A stretch of DNA of 50,993 bases from Candidatus Micrarchaeota archaeon (GTDB lineage: Archaea > Micrarchaeota > Micrarchaeia > Anstonellales > JAGGXE01): the NCBI GenBank assembly GCA_021163225.1, contig JAGGXE010000001.1, positions 1 through 50,993 of the forward strand, written 5' to 3'. The notes under the pieces were generated by a model, which ran no database searches, was not told the DNA's origin, and saw nothing but the letters and a program-made list of their open reading frames with translations. This document shows positions 1 to 10,500 of the stretch, one piece after another (position 1 is the first letter of the stretch; each line of letters opens with the position of its first letter). A program made the translations under genes and the position numbers.

Positions 1-25
1 AAAAGGATCCTTTGACAATGGGACT

Positions 26-1543
26 TTGAACGTCTTAGCGGACATGTTTGTGTGGACGTTAGAGAACAGGGACCGAATCAATTCAAAATCGTATTACCGT
101 TTGATGCACAAGAGAAAGCCTCAACACCTGGATAACGAAACGGTCGCCAGGTACGTGGTCAGGAGGTTCTTTGACCTCTACTCTTCTTTAAATTTCTCTA
201 AAGAGGTACCTGTCAAAGAAAGACACGAACAAATATATCTGGTGTATACAGGTACGAACATCCGTAAACGGTTGTTCCATATACATCGGGAAAGCGATAT
301 GCTGTTGAATGCAGCTGTGAGAATGGCACGCAAGGGCATGTTCGAACTGGAACACGGACTGGTGCGGAAGCACGGGTTTGCGTACACCGAAGGGTACAAG
401 ACGGCTTACAGGTTCTTTGTGCTCCATCCGGAACAAATTGATTCCCACGCCTTTAAAATATGGGACCTGAAACGCGGCGGTACAGGTTCACTCACCTCCT
501 ACATGTTCGGTGAGAAGGCGAAGGTTATACGTGAATTTGTAGAATATAGATGGAGACGGATAGAGGAAACGTATCCTGAAGCATTGGAGTTTATAGGAAA
601 GTTACCCAGGGAGGATCAGGAGTACGCTTATTTGGCTATGGCTGTTTCTCCAGAGGGTACATCTTCTATCCTGAGATGTTTGGCAAAATATCGAGAGAAC
701 GGCGGCGTGATCACTCCAGGTATGTTCAGGACTGTGTGGGATATGTACGCATGGGCACATGACCATTGGCGACGCGTAAACGGCAGAAGATACAGGCAGT
801 TGACCGGGAGAAGAAAAACCAGACGCGTTGACCGTGAGGGGCTCGGTATATACGTATTCAAAAGGTATCTCCAACTGTACGAAAAGGTAGAGGGTAAAAC
901 CGAGACGTCCAGACAGAATGCAGTGTACCAAAGGTTTACTGGAACGAAACTCCGTACGCAGATATTTAGGGATTTCGAATATCCGGAGCCGGTCGAGTTA
1001 CCGTTCAGACATAATTACAAACCCGAGGCATTGGGTAGAAGGATACGTCGTCCTTATCCGACCGTTTACTATACTCCTCTCATTCCAAAGTTTGATTATT
1101 CGGATAAAGACACGTTACGCGTGATAAAAATGCAGGGTAGTGCAGTTGTCCAAAATCCGCCCAATCCGAAGTATCCTGTGGTGGGATTCGATATCGATAC
1201 TCTGAGGTTCAAATGGTACCCCGTACTGCGCAGTGCTACTGGGTACGAAGTGCGTGCGTTTGATACGGTTGCCGTAGACCCCAGGTTTTTAGGATACTAT
1301 ATCTATGTTGATGCAGGTGATCCGAAGATAGACGGATTCTATAGATGTGTTGACACAGGTACCGCTATAAAATCTTCATTGAGTAACAGGTTATACGTGA
1401 CCGGCAGAGAAATATTTGACATAGATTTTTATGCAGGTATAGGTTCGCCGGACATCTGGAGACCTCTTCAGATGCGGTTTAACATTGCAAAAAGAAAAGG
1501 GAGGTTGAAGATATACCTGTTTCCGCCCGATTATTTCAAATGA
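26..1543 (+). CDS. Basic protein with C-terminal 3D (MltA-like double-psi beta-barrel) domain; possibly 5'-truncated by the window edge
   Basis: 505-aa ORF starting at a TTG. The frame stays open back to position 2, so the true start may lie upstream. The C-terminus carries the three-Asp signature TVAVDP...CVDTGTAIK...DIDFYAG. The N-terminal part is R/K-rich with an internal duplication (YVVRRFFDLY..YTGTNIRKRLF vs YVFKRYLQLY..FTGTKLRTQIF). Confidence 0.55.
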   Translation: MNVLADMFVWTLENRDRINSKSYYRLMHKRKPQHLDNETVARYVVRRFFDLYSSLNFSKEVPVKERHEQIYLVYTGTNIRKRLFHIHRESDMLLNAAVRMARKGMFELEHGLVRKHGFAYTEGYKTAYRFFVLHPEQIDSHAFKIWDLKRGGTGSLTSYMFGEKAKVIREFVEYRWRRIEETYPEALEFIGKLPREDQEYAYLAMAVSPEGTSSILRCLAKYRENGGVITPGMFRTVWDMYAWAHDHWRRVNGRRYRQLTGRRKTRRVDREGLGIYVFKRYLQLYEKVEGKTETSRQNAVYQRFTGTKLRTQIFRDFEYPEPVELPFRHNYKPEALGRRIRRPYPTVYYTPLIPKFDYSDKDTLRVIKMQGSAVVQNPPNPKYPVVGFDIDTLRFKWYPVLRSATGYEVRAFDTVAVDPRFLGYYIYVDAGDPKIDGFYRCVDTGTAIKSSLSNRLYVTGREIFDIDFYAGIGSPDIWRPLQMRFNIAKRKGRLKIYLFPPDYFK

Positions 1544-1547
1544 GGGT

Positions 1548-2957
1548 TCATACGCATGCCATGTCATCCGGTGCGACAGGTGTGGCATCTTCTGTCCTAT
1601 CCCTACCCGGGCTCGGGTTCCTCCAGGATTCCACAGTAATCTCAACGATTTCTGATTCCGGACCGACGTTGCCTGCTCTGTCCTCCGCAACGATATAGTA
1701 TGAATACTTCTTTCCTTCGGTTACGTTTCTGTCCTTCCATCTGGGTTGATCAGTAGTGCCTATGAGTTCGAACTGGACATGCGGTCTATCACCGGGACGT
1801 AATCTGCCGAGGCTTCCGTGTTCGTACCTGTAAACCTTGTATGTTACCCCCTGTTCGTCACAATCCCAATTCAAATGTACAACGGGTCTTCCCAACGGAT
1901 CGTAGGATTCTCTCGCTTTAAGATTGTTTACTGTTGGCGGAGTGATATCGTATATTACCCTTACTGTTTTCATGTCCGCAATTCCGTAACGGTTTTCGGC
2001 TTTGAGATACAACGTTTTGATGCCTTCGGTTGGGGTGATATCGAAGTATGCCGCGTCCGGGAATCCGTTTGAGCAATGTACTTCAACCCAGTTCGATCCG
2101 CCTTCGCTTGCGTAGCAACGGGATGCGTTATAAACTTTGTAGTACAGCACAACCCTCGGATAGTTCGTGTACAGTTCCGAAACATTGTAATCGTTGACCC
2201 ACAGGTATTCTATCGACGGTCTCGGACCGTGACCTCCTCCGCTATGGCTTCTTGTTTTGTACCTTATCCTATCGTATACCTCCTCGGATATCAATCCTTT
2301 TTCATCCTTGCACTGGAGATATACTTCCTTTGTGCCGTGTCCGCTACTCAGTTCCCAATCCATTTCCATCTCCGGCCCTTCGAACTCGAACCAACCCGAC
2401 TCGTTATCTTTCCATTCGTCGTCTTCGTTTCTAACCCTGCACGCCACCGCATTTTTGGCACGGATGGTTAGTTCTACATCTCTGTCATATGTGACATCAT
2501 CACCATCGTTTATCACTATCTCCATGTCTTCAACCGCGCAACTCTTCTCAACAGGGTTGGTTTGATCCTCCGTTGCATTCTCCGATTCGTCCTGCTCTTC
2601 GGAGGTATCTGGCTCGGGTTGAAATTCTACTTCCTCATCGGAAGCATTCGAACTTTCAGTAGCATTAGAGAGTTGTGTTATCTGTTCAGATGTAGTTGTT
2701 GCAGAGACATTGGTTTCTTCGGTATCCTGGTGATCGGTAGTGAACATGTTAGCTATGGCGGTGTATATAGTTTGCGGCACATTGAACAGAAATGCTAAAC
2801 CGACAAGTACAACGATTCCCAAAGCTGCAGCGATCAATAATACCTTTCCTTCATCTATTTCGATCGTTTCCTCGTTTTTGTCATCCTCTACCTTTTCATC
2901 CATTCTCTCATCTTCTTTTTCATCCATCTTCTCATCCATATCAACAGGGTCTTCCAT
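1548..2957 (-). CDS. Membrane-anchored surface protein (N-in, single TM) with beta-rich Ig/Fn3-like modules
   Basis: 469-aa ORF. It has an acidic N-terminal tail with MDEK repeats, one hydrophobic helix (LLIAAALGIVVLVGLAFLF) and a long acidic S/T/E/N-rich linker. Beta-rich modules follow, and the last one ends in the Fn3-like pattern KKYSYYIVAEDRAGNVGPES. Confidence 0.6.
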   Translation of the reverse strand: MEDPVDMDEKMDEKEDERMDEKVEDDKNEETIEIDEGKVLLIAAALGIVVLVGLAFLFNVPQTIYTAIANMFTTDHQDTEETNVSATTTSEQITQLSNATESSNASDEEVEFQPEPDTSEEQDESENATEDQTNPVEKSCAVEDMEIVINDGDDVTYDRDVELTIRAKNAVACRVRNEDDEWKDNESGWFEFEGPEMEMDWELSSGHGTKEVYLQCKDEKGLISEEVYDRIRYKTRSHSGGGHGPRPSIEYLWVNDYNVSELYTNYPRVVLYYKVYNASRCYASEGGSNWVEVHCSNGFPDAAYFDITPTEGIKTLYLKAENRYGIADMKTVRVIYDITPPTVNNLKARESYDPLGRPVVHLNWDCDEQGVTYKVYRYEHGSLGRLRPGDRPHVQFELIGTTDQPRWKDRNVTEGKKYSYYIVAEDRAGNVGPESEIVEITVESWRNPSPGRDRTEDATPVAPDDMACV

Positions 2958-3087
2958 ATGTGTCCCACCCCCTATGAGTTTGAGTGTTATTTTATGGTAT
3001 ATTGTTATTTCTCTTTTTAAACCTTTGCATCGAACCAGACCGACTCGTATTTCTGTTTCTTTGTCTAAACCGCTTTAAAACAGATGT

Positions 3088-4500
3088 TTAAAGGATCCGT
3101 TTTAAGATGTACGTTTTATCTTTTACATCGTGAACTTCAAACCCTTTGCTGCGTATTTCTTCCCTTATCTTATCGGCTGTTTCCCAATCTTTGTTTTCAC
3201 GTGCTCTACGTCTCTCCTCTACAAGTTCCTCAATATCTTTCGGTATACGCGGAAGCTCGAATTTCATTACACCCAACACTCTGTCTATCTCTTTCAAAAA
3301 CCCGAGTATATCTTCTATGTCGTCCTTTTTAAGTTGATTGAACTTCGCATTTACCGTGTTAATGAATTTGAACAGATGCGGTAATGCCAACGAAATCTGA
3401 AGGTCGTTATCCATCCCATCTTCAAACCCTTTCCTTGCCTTTTCGATCGCATCCTCTATTATTCCCGTCTTTCCGTCCTCGGTTTCCTTTGCACGTATGA
3501 GAAGACGTTGTATAAACATGTCAATATTCTCGATGGTTTCGGTAGCTGCTCTGAGAGCATCGAAAGTGAAGTTCAGTTGTTCTCTGTAATGTGTGGATAG
3601 GAGGAGGTATCTGATCGCACGCGGATGGTAACCCATCTTCAGCAGATCCCTGAGGGTATAGAAGTTGCCCAGCGACTTGCTCATCTTCTTACCTTCCACT
3701 ATCAGATGTGCTGAATGGATCCAATAGTTAACAAAGGTTTCGCCTGTCGCCGCTTCGCTTTGCGCGATCTCATTCTCGTGATGCGGGAATATGTTATCCA
3801 CACCTCCGCAATGGATATCGAAATGCGGACCCAAATACTTCATGCTCATAGCCGAGCATTCTATATGCCAACCCGGCCTTCCCCTACCGAGTTCGGTATC
3901 CCAATACACGGGTCCGTCTTTCTCATCCCATGCTTTCCATAACGCAAAATCTGCCAGTTCCTGTTTCTCGTACTCGTCATGACTAACCCTTGCACCGGGT
4001 TTGAGTTGTGATACATCCATGTGGGAAAGTTTTCCGTACTCTTTGAACTTTTTGACAGAGTAATAATAACTCCCGTCCTCTCCTTTGTATGCATAACCCT
4101 TTTCTATGAGTTTTTTGATAAGTGCGACCATCTCGGGTATATGTTCTGTAGCATGAGGGTAGTAATGGGCAAACTCGATGTTTAGAGTATGTAGATCTTC
4201 ATAGAACGCTGTTTCGTACCTGGAGGTGAACATCTTTAGAGGTATCCCTTCCTTCTGCGAATCCCTAATGGTTTTATCATCAACATCGGTGATGTTCATC
4301 ACATGGATTACTTTGTATCCCTTGTATTCCAGATATCTCCTCAACAGATCTTCGAACACGTACGTTCGGTAGTTGCCGATGTGCGGATAGTTGTAGACGG
4401 TCGGTCCGCATGTGTACATCCGTACCTCTCCTTCTTTAATAGGTCTGAACTCTTCCACACGTCTCGACATCGTGTTGTACAACCTCAACATCCTGAACAC
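3088..4500 (-). CDS. cysS: Cysteinyl-tRNA synthetase
   Basis: MYTCGPTVYNYPHIGNYRTY (HIGH-type motif), KMSKSLGN and 470 aa, all typical of CysRS. The true start may be the Met at MLRLYNT, 9 nt downstream. Confidence 0.95.
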   Translation of the reverse strand: MFRMLRLYNTMSRRVEEFRPIKEGEVRMYTCGPTVYNYPHIGNYRTYVFEDLLRRYLEYKGYKVIHVMNITDVDDKTIRDSQKEGIPLKMFTSRYETAFYEDLHTLNIEFAHYYPHATEHIPEMVALIKKLIEKGYAYKGEDGSYYYSVKKFKEYGKLSHMDVSQLKPGARVSHDEYEKQELADFALWKAWDEKDGPVYWDTELGRGRPGWHIECSAMSMKYLGPHFDIHCGGVDNIFPHHENEIAQSEAATGETFVNYWIHSAHLIVEGKKMSKSLGNFYTLRDLLKMGYHPRAIRYLLLSTHYREQLNFTFDALRAATETIENIDMFIQRLLIRAKETEDGKTGIIEDAIEKARKGFEDGMDNDLQISLALPHLFKFINTVNAKFNQLKKDDIEDILGFLKEIDRVLGVMKFELPRIPKDIEELVEERRRARENKDWETADKIREEIRSKGFEVHDVKDKTYILKRIL

Positions 4501-4527
4501 CTTCCCGAAAACGGTTTTCTGTAAAAA

Positions 4528-7383
4528 CTATTCTATCTTTATGGCGGGTTTGAGCGGTAACGCATTCTTTGCCTTCGGGTCCGAAGCGTCTCCCTCTTTC
4601 ATTACAACGATTTCTGCATCAAACCTCTCTTTAAAGTATTCTGATGCGTTTGTCAGGATTTCTTCTTCGTTCAGTTCGGGCATGTCCCTATACTCAGGTA
4701 ACATCTTGAAGACTTTCTTGATCAAGGTAGCGATCTCTCTCTTATGTTCTTCGAACCGTCTATCGGTCATCAATGCATCCATTATCGATTTCATGTTGTA
4801 TTCGACTGTTAACGCTTTTCTGACCATCTCTCTCTTCCAAGGTGCCGAAACAAAGAACGTGATCTTCTTTGGTTCCTTCTTTATCACCTTGAGTATATGG
4901 TTTACATCTTCCGTGACCTTCTTTATGTACCATTCAGAATCCTTTTCTATGAATTCTGTCTTTTCTATAGGAGGAAGTTTTGTCTGACAGACCAACGTAG
5001 ATTCACCTATTACGGTGTGCCATATCTCCTCCGCAAGGTGCGGTGTGAAAGGCGACATCAGTTGAACTAATGTTTTTATGGTATTTCTAAGCACCTCTCT
5101 GTTCCTACCCTTTCTTTTCAGATACCATTGTATATCTGACAGTATTCGGTAGTATACGATATCGGTTGCATGTTTAAGTTCAAAACTGTCGATATCTTTC
5201 TCTATCTGCCATAGATATGCTTTTATTCTATGTTCCAGCCAGTCATCTATGTGCGTTCGTGCATCGGTAAGTTGTTCGCTCAGTTCCCACAACCGTTTCA
5301 CTTCGTTGTACATCCATTCTAATCTTTCCCGGTATTCGAAGACCTGCTTCTCATCAAACTCTACATCTACGTACGGTTTTGCTATGTTCGCATAGAACAG
5401 CCGCATCGGGTCTACCCCGTATCTCTCAGCCATGCCCGGAACCGGTTGCGCCCCGCCCTTACTCTTCGATAATTTCTCTTTCGTATGCGAGATTATCCAA
5501 TAGTTTACAAAGATTCCTCTCGGCCATAACTCTTTCGGTAGGATTGCTACATGGTTCTTAACGAACGGAGGGAAATGTACCGTGGTATGTTCTTTACCTC
5601 CGAGGTTTATGTCCAACGGATACCAGTACCATACGTTTTTCTTTATTTCCTCTACCAACGATACGTCCATCCCGTTCTCTTCAGCAACGGATTTCGCATC
5701 ACCTTTACCTAAGAACACATAATCAAAGAATTTGAGTGTTAACTGTTCAGGGGTGAACCTATCTTTGTACATGGATACCAGATAGAATATTGGGTAGAGT
5801 GTAGAATCCGAAATCGCTTCAATAGTATACCTTTCATCAAACGGGAACTTTGTACCTAGCCATCTTCCCATTCGTGCACAAGGTCTTTCTTTAAACCAAC
5901 GTAATGCATCGGGTAAGAATTCGTAGTACTCTTGAGGTTTAACATTCATCTGTTTACCCCATTCGATCGCCCTTTCATTCAGCCAGTCTTTGCTATAATC
6001 GATGAACCACTGGTGATCCACCTTTTTTATGAATACGCGCCCGCCACATCTACATATCACTTCTTCTGAAAGGTCGTAGAAGATATCTGCCAACCCTTCT
6101 TTGATAAGTTCTTGTTTAACGAGTTCTTTTGCCTTTTCCACAGGCATACCAGCGTATTTACCCGCGGTTTCTCTCATCACACCTTTGTAATAACCCGATT
6201 TGTATATCTCTTTTTTAGCATCTTCAAGTTTGGGGTCTGTGGAACTTCTTATTCCCATTCTTTCACATATCTCTTTTGCAGGAAATTCGCCCCAGCCGGG
6301 TGTTTCTATTATCGGTATAGGTTGTATCTTCTGTACCTCTTCGCGGTTCAGTCCGTACTTTTTACATTCTTCCGGATGGTTTTGCAAGTCGTACAGACCC
6401 ATCCAATCGTGCGGCGCGTCGGAAGGTACAGAGGTCACGATACCAGAACCTACGTTCGGGTCGCAGAATTTTGAGGGGAGTACGATTATCTCTCTCATTA
6501 TACCGGGGGCCATGACGTATTTGCCTATCAAATCGCTTCCTTTTACAGTACCTTTTATTTCAACGCGGTCTTTCTGGTATTTTATCTTTTCAGCAAACGG
6601 TTTGCTACCGACCCATGTTTCCCCTTCAACATCCATCACAACATACTCTTCATCAGGGTCGACCCATAGATTGGTTTGGCCGAATACCGTCTCAGGTCTT
6701 AGTGTAGCGGCGATCAAGTACACAGTCCCGTAGTTATCGATATCCGTCCTGAACTTTAGTAGCGTGTATTCGATTTTTTCAGCATTTCCTCCTTTGCTGA
6801 CATCCGTCTCAGCAGGGTCTACGGAAACCGGTCCGCAGTTCTCACAATAGGTTGCATAGTATTCTTTCTGTATCAGCAGTCCCAGGTCCATCAGTTTGTG
6901 AAACTGCCATTCTATGAATTTGTTGTATATCCTATCGATTGTTGTAACATACGTTCTCTCATTGATCAGGATACCAAACCTTTTCATATCTCTTACGTAC
7001 AGCTTACCGAAATATCTTACGAAAGTCTCGGGGTCCGTGAGTTTTTTAATATCCTCTTCAGGCACGTTGTTCTCTCTCAGATAGTTGATATACTTTTCAT
7101 CACCTCTTGCAATAAGTTGCGCCTTTGCGATTACTCCGTTACCGGTGGCATGTATCCCTATGGGTAACATTGCATTGTATCCTGCAAGACGTTTGAACCG
7201 TGTTATCATGTCCGCATATGTATACCCTCTCATGTGTCCTGTGTGCAGGAACCCAGTCGGGTACGGATACGCAAAAACCATGTAGAATTTCTTTTTTCCT
7301 TCTTCCCTTACCGCTTCAGCAACCTTAGCCTTGTCCCATTCTGTTTGCCATCTCCTCTCTAATTCGTTCCAATCGATACTCAT
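4528..7383 (-). CDS. leuS: Leucyl-tRNA synthetase (archaeal type)
   Basis: YPYPTGFLHTGHMRGY (HIGH region), KLSKSKGG (KMSKS) and large editing-domain insert. The ORF track extends to 7434. I place the start at MSIDWNELERRW (ATG at 7383). Confidence 0.93.
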   Translation of the reverse strand: MSIDWNELERRWQTEWDKAKVAEAVREEGKKKFYMVFAYPYPTGFLHTGHMRGYTYADMITRFKRLAGYNAMLPIGIHATGNGVIAKAQLIARGDEKYINYLRENNVPEEDIKKLTDPETFVRYFGKLYVRDMKRFGILINERTYVTTIDRIYNKFIEWQFHKLMDLGLLIQKEYYATYCENCGPVSVDPAETDVSKGGNAEKIEYTLLKFRTDIDNYGTVYLIAATLRPETVFGQTNLWVDPDEEYVVMDVEGETWVGSKPFAEKIKYQKDRVEIKGTVKGSDLIGKYVMAPGIMREIIVLPSKFCDPNVGSGIVTSVPSDAPHDWMGLYDLQNHPEECKKYGLNREEVQKIQPIPIIETPGWGEFPAKEICERMGIRSSTDPKLEDAKKEIYKSGYYKGVMRETAGKYAGMPVEKAKELVKQELIKEGLADIFYDLSEEVICRCGGRVFIKKVDHQWFIDYSKDWLNERAIEWGKQMNVKPQEYYEFLPDALRWFKERPCARMGRWLGTKFPFDERYTIEAISDSTLYPIFYLVSMYKDRFTPEQLTLKFFDYVFLGKGDAKSVAEENGMDVSLVEEIKKNVWYWYPLDINLGGKEHTTVHFPPFVKNHVAILPKELWPRGIFVNYWIISHTKEKLSKSKGGAQPVPGMAERYGVDPMRLFYANIAKPYVDVEFDEKQVFEYRERLEWMYNEVKRLWELSEQLTDARTHIDDWLEHRIKAYLWQIEKDIDSFELKHATDIVYYRILSDIQWYLKRKGRNREVLRNTIKTLVQLMSPFTPHLAEEIWHTVIGESTLVCQTKLPPIEKTEFIEKDSEWYIKKVTEDVNHILKVIKKEPKKITFFVSAPWKREMVRKALTVEYNMKSIMDALMTDRRFEEHKREIATLIKKVFKMLPEYRDMPELNEEEILTNASEYFKERFDAEIVVMKEGDASDPKAKNALPLKPAIKIE

Positions 7384-7576
7384 TCGGATACACCCCTGTA
7401 TTTCCGAAGATGTTCTCTTTAAGCCGACAACCACTCCTTCTAAGAGATCAAACGATATAGTGCGCGAATCTTTATATTTATTACTCTGACTTGTTTTTAC
7501 AGACCTTCTAAACTACCGTCATGTATAAAAATTTAACATTGGTAATTAAAGAACGCATATTCTTATAACAGCGGAG

Positions 7577-10500
7577 GTGTTCGATGTGTTGAATCACAAA
7601 GAGATCGAGGAAAATATATTGAAATTCTGGCGTGAAAAAAGGATACGTGAGAAGTTGAATGAGAAACACAAGGATAAACCGTTCTACTTCTGTGAGGGAC
7701 CTCCTTATGCAACAGGTGACCCGCATCCCGGAACAGTGTGGAATCATGTTATCAAGGATATGTATTTAAGGTATATCAGGATGAAAGGCTACTACGTACA
7801 TGACAGAGCAGGTTTTGATACTCACGGCTTACCTATCGAAGTTAAAGTCGAAAAAGAGGAGGGAGTAACATCTAAAGGTGACATCGAAGAGAAAATAGGT
7901 GTTAAAACGTTCATCGATAAATGTAAACGGTTCGCTACCAGGTACATCAAAAGTATGAGTGAAAAGTTTGAACGGTTCGGTGTTTGGCTGGATTTCGAAA
8001 ACCATTATGCAACTTATAGAAACTCCTATATGGAACAGGTTTGGCAGAATATAAAACGGGCCGATGATAAGGGATTGCTGTATGAGGGGAATTACGTAGT
8101 TCCCTATTGTCCCCGTTGTCAAACAACTTTGGCTAACTATGAACTCGAATATTTTGAAAAAGAGGACCCGAGCATCTTTGTCAAATTCAAACTTAAGGAC
8201 AAACCGAACGAATACTTGGTCATATGGACCACTACACCATGGACGTTGATATCCAACCTTGCCGTGATGGTTCATCCGTCTGCTACGTACGTTAGAGTTA
8301 AGGTCGACGATGAGGTATGGATCGTTGCGAAAGACCGATTGGATTACGTGTTGGAGAAGACTGGAAAAAGTGGTGTGATCATCGATGAGATGAGCGGTAA
8401 ACGACTCGACGGGTTGAGATACGAGCATCCTCTTCAGGAGTTTATAGGAAAAACCTACGATAGACACGTAGTTCTCAGTGATGAATACGTTACAATGGAG
8501 GAGGGTTCAGGTCTGGTTCATTGTGCGCCAGGTCACGGTCCAGAGGATTATGAGATAGGAAAACGGTACGACCTCGAGATTTATTCTCCGGTTACTAAAG
8601 AGGGCACGTTTGACGAAACCGCGGGCAAATACGCCGGTTTGGAGGTTTTGAAAACCAACGATATCGTGATAGAGGACCTTGAGAAGAAAGGCGCTCTTCT
8701 CTTTGCTGAGACGATTAAGCATAGGTATATGCGTTGTTGGCGTTGTAAGACACCTCTCATATACATAAACATGAAACAGTGGTTCATAAAAGTAGGAGAT
8801 ATCAAAGATAAGATGTTGGAAAACATAGCAAATACTGTATGGGTGCCAGATTACCTACGTAAACGAATGAGTGATTTTGTAGGCGAGACCTCTAATTGGT
8901 GCATTTCGCGACAGAGGTACTGGGGGATACCCTTACCGATATGGAGATGTGAACGTTGTGGTGCTGTAAAGGTTGTAGGTTCCTTTAAAGAACTTCCGAA
9001 AAAACTTGATGACTACCATAGACCGTACATCGATGAGGTGACATTGAAGTGCGATTCATGCGGAGGTGAGATGCGTAGGGTTCCGGATGTGTTGGATGTT
9101 TGGGTCGATTCCGGGAATGCGGTTTGGGCTTCTTTGACCGATGATGAAAGAAAGAGGTATGAAGTCGCAGATTTTATAGTTGAGGGACGTGATCAGGTGC
9201 GTGGATGGTTCTATTCTCTGTTGGCTTTCGGTACGATCCATTACGACAGGGCTCCGTACAAGACAGTTATGCAGCACGGTATGTTCCTTGCTGAAGATGG
9301 TAACACGATGAGTAAGAGCCTCGGCAACTTTGTACCGGTTGAGAAGATAATCGAACAGTACGGTGCAGACGCCTTTAGGTTGTGGGTTATGAAAAACGTT
9401 CCTTGGGAAGATGTAAAATTCAGTTGGAACGAACTCAAGGAGGCGAAAGCGTCCCTTAATATACTGGCTAATATAGGTACGTTTATCGACAGGTTTGTGG
9501 ATGAACGGATAGACTATTCCGATGAAGACCTGTTGATCGAAGACAGATGGATAATATCCAAGTTCAATTCAACACTGAAGAAGGCTACCGAAGCGATGGA
9601 CCAGTACAACTTCCACATTGCTACGAGAGTGTTGAAAGAGTTTGCAGAGGAAATGCTCAGCAGAAGGTACATAAAACTTGTCAAATCGAGGATAAAGGCG
9701 GATAAGAAGAAAGAGGTTGCATTATCGGTGCTCTTCGACGTATACTTCGATTTCTTGAAAGCCTTCGGTATAGTTGCTCCTTTCTTGAGCGAACACATCT
9801 ACCAAACAGTCTATAAAAAGAGGTTGAACGGTGAAGAATCTATATTTATGTACGATTGGCCGGAGTACGATACACTGAAGATAGACCCAAGCGTTGAACG
9901 GATGTTCGATGTTGCGGATCAGGTAGTGAGTACGGTCAACACCTTGAGACAGAAGGCAGGTATCAAACTCAGATGGCCTGTCGAAGAAATAATCTTTGTG
10001 CCTTTTGACAGTTTCTCCGAAGAAGCGGTCATGAAGTTTTCAGATGTGATCAGAGATATGGCTAACATTAAGGATGTTCGGATCGAATCGAAAGTTGATT
10101 CGCAGGTCAAGGTAACCTTGGACGAGGAGAAAATAAAAGAGTTGTACAAGGATCTTGCAGACGATATATTCAAAGAAGTGTATAACGTGGATCCGATCGA
10201 ACTTCAGAAGACCGTGGGATTAGGTAAACTATTCAAGGGGACCGGTTACGAACTCAAACCCGAGTTGGTGGTTGTCGAAGAGAGTTATCCCGGATACGAG
10301 GTAGGGTTGTGCGATTACGGAAAGGTTTATCTCAAATCAACGTTATCTGAAGAGTTGTTCGAAGAGGGTATGCTGCGTGAGGTAATACGAAGGATACAGA
10401 TGATGAGAAAAGAAAACAGGTTGGTCGAATCGGACACTATCGATGTGGTTATCAATGCATCGGACAAATTGGCTAACATCATCGAAAAGCATACTGATGA

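Noticed and set aside
7700-7740. The IleRS HIGH motif reads HPGT instead of H-x-G-H, which could suggest an inactive enzyme.
   Set aside because: As far as I recall, archaeal IleRS proteins typically carry H-(L/x)-G-T-A-W-N-K at this position. The rest of the enzyme, including KMSKS and the editing domain, looks intact.
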